The notes beneath the pieces are model-generated. The model did not search any database and was not told the DNA's origin. It was given only the letters and a program-made list of their open reading frames with translations. This document shows positions 7,860 through 14,331 of a stretch of 26,224 bases of DNA, one piece after another. The position numbers were made by a program, and so were the translations under genes. How positions within the stretch are numbered: the stretch's first letter is position 1; the number at the start of each line of letters is the position of its first letter. The stretch comes from a virus (taxonomy: Duplodnaviria > Caudoviricetes): IMG/VR virus record IMGVR_UViG_3300032319_000730, positions 1-26,224 of that record, one strand, 5' to 3'.

Positions 7860-8107
7860 CAGCACCACTCAGCCCAGCCGCTCAGGCGGTGCTGGATGCT
7901 TACCACACCCACGCCTTCCTGCTCAATCGTGACGTTACCCACAAAGAAATACTTGCCGTCCTGCTGCGGGCTGTGGCGGATCAGGTGGTGCCGGAACAAC
8001 TTGCAGAGCCCCAGGGCACTGGGTTTCGCTGGGGCGGATGGGCTGCGAAGCAGGGGGTTCGCCGCCAACTCCTCGCCATCGCCGCCGAACTTGAGAATAC
8101 AAATTAA
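7856..8107 (+). CDS. small helical protein (LSPAAQAVL...LRAVADQVVPE...LAIAAELE family)
   Basis: GGAGG SD plus GTG; paralogous motif to 4116. Confidence 0.75.
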   Translation: MTAPLSPAAQAVLDAYHTHAFLLNRDVTHKEILAVLLRAVADQVVPEQLAEPQGTGFRWGGWAAKQGVRRQLLAIAAELENTN

Positions 8108-8295
8108 TGTTCAAATTTCTTCACTTCCTTTTTATGGGCGATTGGCCCGTACCTCCTCATACGCATGAGTGGGAGACGATAAGGCAAGTCCCTCTCGATA
8201 CAAGACGTAATGATGGTTCCGTAACCGCGAGCGGAACCCGGTATACACTGAGGTGCAAGGTCTGCGGGGACATAATGAAGAGGGATATTATCTAA
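8107..8295 (+). CDS. small Zn-ribbon-like protein
   Basis: HTHEW...RCKVCGD (HxH plus CxxC). Confidence 0.65.
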   Translation: MFKFLHFLFMGDWPVPPHTHEWETIRQVPLDTRRNDGSVTASGTRYTLRCKVCGDIMKRDII

Positions 8296-8296
8296 A

Positions 8297-8551
8297 ATGT
8301 TAATTGAGAGAGATCAAATTTGTTTCTTCGTGGAGAATAACCTCCGCTTCACTGGAAAGACTTTTTTTCAAGAAGAAAACAAACTGACAGTGTTACTTGA
8401 AAGTGCTCCCGAATGGTATTCAGTCGGGGAAAACGGCATAGTCACAATCACAAACAGGGCTAAGGCCGAGGAATACTGGGGCGAGCTTCTTAGTGTGAAC
8501 AAAACATATCACAAATTCACTTACGCAACTCTCCTACTCACGAAAAAGTGA
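8297..8551 (+). CDS. hypothetical protein
   Basis: 84-aa ORF, tightly packed. Confidence 0.6.
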   Translation: MLIERDQICFFVENNLRFTGKTFFQEENKLTVLLESAPEWYSVGENGIVTITNRAKAEEYWGELLSVNKTYHKFTYATLLLTKK

Positions 8552-8558
8552 GTAACTG

Positions 8559-8566
8559 AGGTAAAA
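8559..8566 (+). promoter_or_regulatory. AGGTAAAA, variant of the GGGTAAAA putative late promoter
   Basis: Intergenic, 23 nt before ATG 8590; one mismatch to the consensus. Confidence 0.4.
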
Positions 8567-8589
8567 CTAACAGTCATTGCGGAAACTTC

Positions 8590-8907
8590 ATGCTCTCAAC
8601 CAAAGTTCGTCTTCGTCTCGAAGATATCGCCGCGCGAATTGTTGCCGGTATCGATGTCTCCTTTGACGAAATGACTTGGGCTCAAAAGTGGGCGGATCAC
8701 AATCGGAGCGCAGCCGATATTCTCAAACAGGCTCGCCGCCGTGCTATCTCAGGATTTCCGGCTCAGAATACAATTGACGGGTTGATCGACCGCCTTAATC
8801 TTGGCGATCCCGATCCTTCCAATCATCTGATTGGACCCCAAGACCCTTCCGACCTTGCCAACTGGTTTACACAAAACAAAACTGACGATTGGAGGCAACA
8901 TGACTGA
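8590..8907 (+). CDS. conserved cyanophage-type hypothetical protein
   Basis: MLSTKVRLRLE...ARR...LGDPDPSNH...WF...DDWRQHD pattern, recalled from cyanophage hypothetical proteins. Confidence 0.8.
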   Translation: MLSTKVRLRLEDIAARIVAGIDVSFDEMTWAQKWADHNRSAADILKQARRRAISGFPAQNTIDGLIDRLNLGDPDPSNHLIGPQDPSDLANWFTQNKTDDWRQHD

Positions 8908-9106
8908 AATTCACGATGAATGTTTCAAGGTGACGAAGAACAGAACCGGCACCTATCAATCTTTCGATTTGGAAAACAAACCACTCGTAATTTCGCTCTC
9001 GGAGCAAGCCTGTGTGAACGCCACCCGATTCTACCTGAAAGGTAAGGAGGGCGGTTTCCTGGAAGAGGACCGGAGCTATGCTGGTACTGTAGACGGAAAG
9101 CTGTAA
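8900..9106 (+). CDS. conserved cyanophage-type small protein
   Basis: GGAGG plus ATG 8900; DECF...SL.E..C..ATRFYLKG..GF...Y.GTVDGKL. Confidence 0.75.
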   Translation: MTEIHDECFKVTKNRTGTYQSFDLENKPLVISLSEQACVNATRFYLKGKEGGFLEEDRSYAGTVDGKL

Positions 9107-9258
9107 TGGGGTCGCTCGACGACACAACACCATGGTTTGAATTTCTTTCCTACTGTGAGTGTTGTTGGTCACTCAAGGTTTCCCCATCCGTAGGGCGATT
9201 TACACGTTACCAAAACTACAAACTTAATTATGACCAACATTTCTCAAAGTCAAACTGA
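9106..9258 (+). CDS. 50-aa hypothetical protein
   Basis: Read manually: MGSLDDTTPWFEFLSYCECCWSLKVSPSVGRFTRYQNYK...; TAATG overlap. Confidence 0.6.
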   Translation: MGSLDDTTPWFEFLSYCECCWSLKVSPSVGRFTRYQNYKLNYDQHFSKSN

Positions 9259-9526
9259 CATTTGCACCGTTGTAGAAGAGGTAAAAGAGTTACTTCTAGA
9301 AAAAAATAAACGCTATGGGGATTCGGCCTTGAGCCCGGTGCGAATATTCAGTAAATGTTCGTCCGATGAAGCTATTCTTGTGCGTATGGATGACAAACTT
9401 AGCAGAATTCGCACAGCAGACCCAGAGGACGCTGAAGATGCTTACTTAGATTTACTAGGCTACTTAGTCCTATTCAAAGTTGCTCAAATGCAAAAACGAC
9501 GGGCCGAGGATTTCATTATCACATGA
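9230..9526 (+). CDS. nucleotide modification associated domain 1 (Nmad1/DUF1599) protein
   Basis: LLEKNKRYGDS...ILVRMDDKLSRI...EDAYLDLLGYLVL. Confidence 0.8.
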   Translation: MTNISQSQTDICTVVEEVKELLLEKNKRYGDSALSPVRIFSKCSSDEAILVRMDDKLSRIRTADPEDAEDAYLDLLGYLVLFKVAQMQKRRAEDFIIT

Positions 9527-9690
9527 CCCCGGAAGAATCTCGAGAAATCTTTCTTGATGGAATTCTCACTAAGAAAGACAATAAACTTATCGACAAATCT
9601 CCGCATTTGACAAAATTGTGCGCTCTTTATTGCGCCGGAAAAATTGGCATTGACGAACTTTATCCTTTACTTCGAACAAGCGGAGAATGA
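9523..9690 (+). CDS. 55-aa hypothetical protein
   Basis: MTPEESREIFLDGILTKKDNKLIDKSPHLTKLCALYCAGKIGIDELYPLLRTSGE*, with ATGA overlaps at both ends. Confidence 0.6.
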   Translation: MTPEESREIFLDGILTKKDNKLIDKSPHLTKLCALYCAGKIGIDELYPLLRTSGE

Positions 9691-9914
9691 CTAACCAACC
9701 AAACAACTGGGTCGAAGAAGATCGTCCCGAAGTCGTGGAAGCGATTGTCAGCGGCATGATGCTAAGTTTCTCCCAAAAAGATCTGCGAAGAATGGTTTGG
9801 GACATGCTGTATGACGACTTGATCTTTCAAGATTGGTCTGAGTTGTTCATGCATGCAGAACAGTACGCTCCAGCTCTTCTGGACGACTTTAACGAGCCCT
9901 CGTCTAAGTTGTGA
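9687..9914 (+). CDS. small acidic hypothetical protein
   Basis: 75-aa ORF with ATGA coupling. Confidence 0.65.
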   Translation: MTNQPNNWVEEDRPEVVEAIVSGMMLSFSQKDLRRMVWDMLYDDLIFQDWSELFMHAEQYAPALLDDFNEPSSKL

Positions 9915-9926
9915 AGTAGTCAAGAA

Positions 9927-10001
9927 GGGCGGTTAACCGTACCTTTTAGGGCGGTTTGCCCCCTTTCGCTTTGGGCGAAAATGAGCTATGATGAAATCAT
10001 G
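9927..10001 (+). promoter_or_regulatory. 75-bp promoter/stem-loop element, copy 4
   Basis: GGGCGGTTAACCGTACCTTTTAGGGCGGTTTGCCCCC-TTTCGC-17 nt-TATGAT-GAAATC-ATG. Confidence 0.85.
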
Positions 10002-10205
10002 AATAAAACCTACATCTCGCCGCTCACCGGCACCACCTACGAATACTCCTTCAGTGACGCTTGTCAATGGGAACGCTGGGATATCTACCAAATCGAAGGC
10101 GATTCTCGTAAGTGGGTGAATTTCACTTTGGCCGAGGAAAACATTCCCAACAAAGTGCGGCAGTTCGAAGTGCCTGAGCCCGATGTCAGCAGCCCGTGGG
10201 ACTGA
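9999..10205 (+). CDS. small hypothetical protein (single-gene cassette between two elements)
   Basis: Starts at the copy 4 ATG; its TGA ends at 10205, directly abutting copy 5 at 10206. Confidence 0.75.
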   Translation: MNKTYISPLTGTTYEYSFSDACQWERWDIYQIEGDSRKWVNFTLAEENIPNKVRQFEVPEPDVSSPWD

Positions 10206-10280
10206 GGGCGGTTTCCCGTACCTAACAGGGCGGTTCGCCCCCTTTACTTTTCGACCGAAAAGGGCTATGATTATATCATG
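10206..10280 (+). promoter_or_regulatory. 75-bp promoter/stem-loop element, copy 5
   Basis: GGGCGGTTTCCCGTACCTAACAGGGCGGTTCGCCCCC-TTTACT-17 nt-TATGAT-TATATC-ATG. Confidence 0.85.
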
Positions 10281-10889
10281 ATCAATACTGAACTCAAAAC
10301 CACTCTGTCCACCTCTTTTTTCCGGCGGTTTTGCCCGGACCCGACGGTGATGTACGACCTGGGCGACCTGTACGCTGAGCTCAACGCAAAGTTCTTCAAC
10401 GGGCAACTTCCCGTCTTGGCTGAAACGGTACGCACTGTGGACGGTGTGGAAAGAAAGACCTATCCTTCTCTGAAGTGGGACGGTCGGCTCGGTCGTCGCA
10501 CCCTTGGTGTTTACACCCCGGCTCGCAAACGTGGTCACGGTAAAATTCGCCTTGCCCGCCGAATTGCGGAGGATCCGGCAAAGACTCGCAGTGTTCTTCT
10601 TCACGAGATGCTTCACAAATTTCTTGACCTGAACAGCCTCGATGACGGAATTGCAGGCCATGGTCCGAATTTCATCTCGGTAGCAAAAGCGATCAACGAT
10701 CATTGTACCGAATGGGGCGTGAACTACCGTATCCACTTTTATGACGAGGAAATCACTCGTGAAGACCCTGTTTTCTACAGCGATGTCCTGAAGATGGAAA
10801 TTGACTGCCGCAAAGATCTCGACTTCGCGCGGAAAGTCCAATCCGTAATTCGCGCAGCATTCGACACCAACTACGAGTACCACCAGTGA
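10278..10889 (+). CDS. SprT-like zinc metalloprotease
   Basis: LNAKFFNGQLP, W.GRL.RRTLG, IRL, VLLHEMLH (HExxH), HGPNF. Confidence 0.85.
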   Translation: MINTELKTTLSTSFFRRFCPDPTVMYDLGDLYAELNAKFFNGQLPVLAETVRTVDGVERKTYPSLKWDGRLGRRTLGVYTPARKRGHGKIRLARRIAEDPAKTRSVLLHEMLHKFLDLNSLDDGIAGHGPNFISVAKAINDHCTEWGVNYRIHFYDEEITREDPVFYSDVLKMEIDCRKDLDFARKVQSVIRAAFDTNYEYHQ

Positions 10890-10893
10890 GTAA

Positions 10894-10948
10894 GGGGCGG
10901 AAATCCGCCCCATTCGCGTGTTTACTCACCCTTGGGCCAAGCTATCCT
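10894..10948 (+). promoter_or_regulatory. GGGGCGGA-AA-TCCGCCCC inverted repeat followed by TTTACT-16-TATCCT promoter-like sequence
   Basis: Perfect 8-bp inverted repeat (10894-10911) containing the GGGCGG box, upstream of the modification cluster. Confidence 0.55.
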
Positions 10949-10991
10949 GAAACGTGGGTACAAATGTGAGTGAACCACCGAATCTGCTACT

Positions 10992-12365
10992 ATGGTCAGA
11001 ACTATTAAACTGGATCAGCTGCAGTCGTTTGACAAGAACAAGTTGGGTGACCGCCCGACTTTAAACGACTGCAAAGAACTGATCAATGAAGATTGCGACA
11101 TTTACGCACCGGACGGAACTTTGGTCGTTGCTTTTCGCAAAGCTGCCGTGAAGTCCGCGAGCGAGATTTCCCCCGGTAAGAAAGATTATGAGTATTGGCG
11201 CTGGGCCTGCCGCTCCCTTCTTTCCGACCAACGGGGCATGGCATCCGGGAAAGAAATCTACACAAACATTGAAATTCGTACGACTTACGGTCAGAACGAG
11301 TTTCTGAGCCTTGCAGCGAAAGGTAAAGTTTCCTCTCTGGAGGAGGCTCTTGAGATCATTGAGGCGGATTCGAGACCTTCCCGTACCACGTACTACGTCG
11401 GAAAGGCAGAAAAAGCTGGATACGTAGATTTACAGGAAGTCGAGAAGTGGGACTCCCTTGTTCGCAAGAAGAGCACACCATTTGAACTTCGCACGGAAGC
11501 GATTCTGAAGAGGAGAAGTGCTAAACTCGCGTGGTTTGATTATTGGCTTCGCAATGAATGGGCTACCGCAGAGGATAAAGTTTCTGCTGCGAAACAGTGT
11601 AAGAAAACGTTCGTAACGAACCAGCCACGGTCAAACAAGACCTACTCTGCCGTGCTTGGAACGATTGATCGCAGCGGACGGACGCCTTTTGGGCGACTGA
11701 CTTCCCCTACGATGGAACGCTACTCGGACTTTGAATCGTTCGCCCCGTTCTACAAAGAGGTTGACAGTCTTGTGAAGAGCCTGTTTCCGAGTGAGTGGGA
11801 CATTCTCTCCAACCGCTTCAATACGGTGAAAGACGAGCGTTACAACCTCTTCGGGACGATTTATACCTCGATCACTTGCAACTACAACTTCCCAACTTTC
11901 TACCATCTCGACGGAAACAACGCCAAGAACGCTGTGGCTGCCCTGGTCACGTTTGACAAAGGCGACTACGAGGGAATGGACTTTGTGATGCCAGAACTTG
12001 GCTTCGCTTTCCACATGCGCCACGGGGACATCTTGATCGGTGACAACCAAGGTTACGTTCATGGGCAAACTGAGTTCATCGCCAAAGACGACACTGCCGA
12101 AAACTTGACTCTTGTATTCTATCAACGGGACTCCATTACTCTCCTCGACGATCTAGATTGCGAAGCTTGTCGCAGAAGTTTCATGGCTTACGTTCTTGAA
12201 AACCACCCTGAGAGGAGCAATGGGGAAGCGAAGTGGACCGGTTCATTCCCGGGAATGTGGTCCAGCCCCGAATGGCTGACATACAAGAAATTACAAGATA
12301 AAGAACATTGCTCAAACACGAACATCAAAGGTCATCTCGACACATACAACACCCTTGAAAACTGA
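10992..12365 (+). CDS. TET/JBP-family Fe(II)-dependent dioxygenase (5-methylpyrimidine dioxygenase-like)
   Basis: YTSITCNYNFPTFY-H305-L-D307, G.YEG...V.PE.G, GDILIGD...H357-GQT, LTLVFYQR. N-terminal DCDIY.PDG.LVVAFRK also fits the family. Confidence 0.85.
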   Translation: MVRTIKLDQLQSFDKNKLGDRPTLNDCKELINEDCDIYAPDGTLVVAFRKAAVKSASEISPGKKDYEYWRWACRSLLSDQRGMASGKEIYTNIEIRTTYGQNEFLSLAAKGKVSSLEEALEIIEADSRPSRTTYYVGKAEKAGYVDLQEVEKWDSLVRKKSTPFELRTEAILKRRSAKLAWFDYWLRNEWATAEDKVSAAKQCKKTFVTNQPRSNKTYSAVLGTIDRSGRTPFGRLTSPTMERYSDFESFAPFYKEVDSLVKSLFPSEWDILSNRFNTVKDERYNLFGTIYTSITCNYNFPTFYHLDGNNAKNAVAALVTFDKGDYEGMDFVMPELGFAFHMRHGDILIGDNQGYVHGQTEFIAKDDTAENLTLVFYQRDSITLLDDLDCEACRRSFMAYVLENHPERSNGEAKWTGSFPGMWSSPEWLTYKKLQDKEHCSNTNIKGHLDTYNTLEN

Positions 12366-12366
12366 A

Positions 12367-13194
12367 ATGGATTATCAGATTGCCATCCCAACTTACGGAC
12401 GACCTGACGGAGTCAAAAAGCATGTTCTGAATTATCTTGAAAAAACCGACGTCGATCTGTCGCGAGTGACTTTGTTCGTCGCAAACAGCGAAGAGGAGGA
12501 AAAATATCAAAGTTCAAACCCCACATACAATATCGTTGTTGGTGAGAAGGGTTTGACAAATCAGCGCCACTTTATTTCTAACTATTACGACAAAGGAACA
12601 GCTGTTTTCTCATTTGACGACGATGTTAGCGCCGTTGAGGAACTTGAACTCCTGAAAGAGCTGTCTGGGACGCAAAAGCCGCTCGACCACCCCTGCCGCC
12701 TAAAGCCTGTAGAAGAACTCTCCGCGCTAATTGAGCGTGGATTTCGCATGAGCCAGCGTCGAGAGATCGGTTTGTTTGGTTTCTACGCTGTGCGAAATAA
12801 AGGGTTTCTTCACCCGAAAATCACGACTGGCCTGAAATTTATTATGGGCCATGCTTTTGGTTTCTATGCAGGCGACCCTGCTTTTGAACGGATTACAGAG
12901 TACAGCATGAAGGACGATTATTTCCTTTCGCTCTATCACAACGTTCACGGGAATGGTACTCTTCGGTTTGACAACATTTGCGTGAAAGCAAAACAGCACA
13001 CCGGAAGCGGTGGAACCTGCGAAGATCTCGAGAAGAAACTTCAGATCAACAATAGCACTGTTGAAAAAATTTGCGCAGAATTTCCAGAGCTTGCGAGCCC
13101 CAAATCTCGAAGAACTCAGGATGAATGGCTTTCGCGTTATTCTGAAATTCGCCTCAAGCCACAAACGAAAGAAACAATCGCACTCACTAACTGA
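12367..13194 (+). CDS. TET-associated GT-A glycosyltransferase (TAGT/GREB1-like)
   Basis: YQIAIPTYGRP, GLTNQRHFI, FDDD, LFGFY...LKFI.G, KDDY..SL...G..RF, GG; immediately downstream of the TET/JBP gene. Confidence 0.85.
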   Translation: MDYQIAIPTYGRPDGVKKHVLNYLEKTDVDLSRVTLFVANSEEEEKYQSSNPTYNIVVGEKGLTNQRHFISNYYDKGTAVFSFDDDVSAVEELELLKELSGTQKPLDHPCRLKPVEELSALIERGFRMSQRREIGLFGFYAVRNKGFLHPKITTGLKFIMGHAFGFYAGDPAFERITEYSMKDDYFLSLYHNVHGNGTLRFDNICVKAKQHTGSGGTCEDLEKKLQINNSTVEKICAEFPELASPKSRRTQDEWLSRYSEIRLKPQTKETIALTN

Positions 13195-13200
13195 ACGAAT

Positions 13201-13243
13201 GGGCGGTTTTCCGCCCTTTACGACTGACTTTGAAAACTATACT
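13201..13243 (+). promoter_or_regulatory. GGGCGG-TTTT-CCGCCC hairpin plus TTAC-N15-CTATAC promoter-like motif
   Basis: Inverted repeat 13201-13216; TTTACG 13217-13222; TATACT 13238-13243. Confidence 0.55.
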
Positions 13244-13264
13244 TAGAACAGCTTCTGACTTTTC

Positions 13265-13621
13265 ATGATTCCTGACCCTAAGAAAACTATTGTCTTTGAC
13301 GTTGACGACACGATTCTGAGTACGGTGAATCGCGATTACGAAAATTCGCGACCGAAGATGGAAGTTATCACGGGTATGCGAACAATGAAGGAGGCTGGCT
13401 GGACAATCATTCTTCATACGGCTCGTGGAATGGGTCGCTCAAACGGAAATATCGAGAGTGTTCGCAAAGAAGTTATCGAAGAACTCGAAAAGTTCTGCAC
13501 TAACTACGATGTGCCCTACGATGAGATTCAGATTGGAAAACCTTGGGCGGCGTACTACGTAGACGACAAAGCGATGACCCCTGAGCAATTTGCCGCAAAA
13601 TACACTCAAATCGCACAATGA
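13265..13621 (+). CDS. HAD phosphatase, EcbF/BcbF (capsule biosynthesis phosphatase) type
   Basis: IVFDVDDTI, G..IILHTARGM, VPYDEIQIGKPW..YYVDDKAM.PEQF. Confidence 0.88.
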   Translation: MIPDPKKTIVFDVDDTILSTVNRDYENSRPKMEVITGMRTMKEAGWTIILHTARGMGRSNGNIESVRKEVIEELEKFCTNYDVPYDEIQIGKPWAAYYVDDKAMTPEQFAAKYTQIAQ

Positions 13622-14331
13622 AGAACGCACTCATTCTTGCTGCCGGTCGTAGCACTCGGTTCGGCCGAAATAAACTTGAGGAGAAGTTTGACGGGATGTC
13701 ACTCCCTTACCTGGCAGCCAAGTTCGCTCTTGAAAACGGTGCGGAAAACATCTATCTGACGCTTTCACGTTCAGCGGTGAAAACCGATGGCGCACGAATC
13801 TACCACCCTGTTCTTGAAGAGGTATCAAAGATTTGTGACCCGATTGTGCGCTTCCAGAGTGAAGACACGTATGGCCCTGGGGCTGCCATTACAACGTGGG
13901 CCGGTGTGATTGATGGGCCGTTTACCGTATTGTTTGGGGACAACTATTATCAAGGGGTAATGCCAATTGCAGAACGAGTTCTGCTGAATTCAGATCTTGA
14001 CGATTCAGTTTATTTCACCTACCTGCACAAATCACTGAGTCCGCGGAACCTGCAGCTGGCTACCGTGATTGAAGATTATGTGGTTGAAAAACCCCATGGC
14101 CAACTGGAAGGTCGTTACTTCTGCGGCTTCGCGCGTTTTCCAGCCGGTTACTTGAACACGATTGGTGAGCTGCGTAAGAGTGATCGTGGCGAGGTTGAAA
14201 TCACGGATATGATCAACATGGCCAAGACGCGGGAGGCAATCTCGCTTAGTTCCTTTCGTGTAACTTGGGGCGACCTAACTTACGAGGCTGATTGCGCCCG
14301 GATTCGGGAGCTTATTCGTGAAGGGAAGTAG
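13618..14331 (+). CDS. sugar-1-phosphate nucleotidyltransferase (RmlA/RfbA-like)
   Basis: ALILAAGRSTRF..NK, Q....GPG, LFGDN, VVEKP, SDRGEVEITD, W.D motifs. Confidence 0.85.
   Translation: MKNALILAAGRSTRFGRNKLEEKFDGMSLPYLAAKFALENGAENIYLTLSRSAVKTDGARIYHPVLEEVSKICDPIVRFQSEDTYGPGAAITTWAGVIDGPFTVLFGDNYYQGVMPIAERVLLNSDLDDSVYFTYLHKSLSPRNLQLATVIEDYVVEKPHGQLEGRYFCGFARFPAGYLNTIGELRKSDRGEVEITDMINMAKTREAISLSSFRVTWGDLTYEADCARIRELIREGK

Noticed and set aside
3478-10546. NGGTAAAA matches inside genes (about 3478, 9279, 10538)
   Set aside because: Imperfect matches, within coding sequence and not at a consistent distance from a start codon.
9933-10913. 326-aa minus-strand ORF and other minus ORFs ending KGA(N/D)RP.RYG (164-460, 15061-15342)
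   Set aside because: Antisense shadows of real + strand genes. The shared C-terminus is simply the reverse translation of the 75-bp element.
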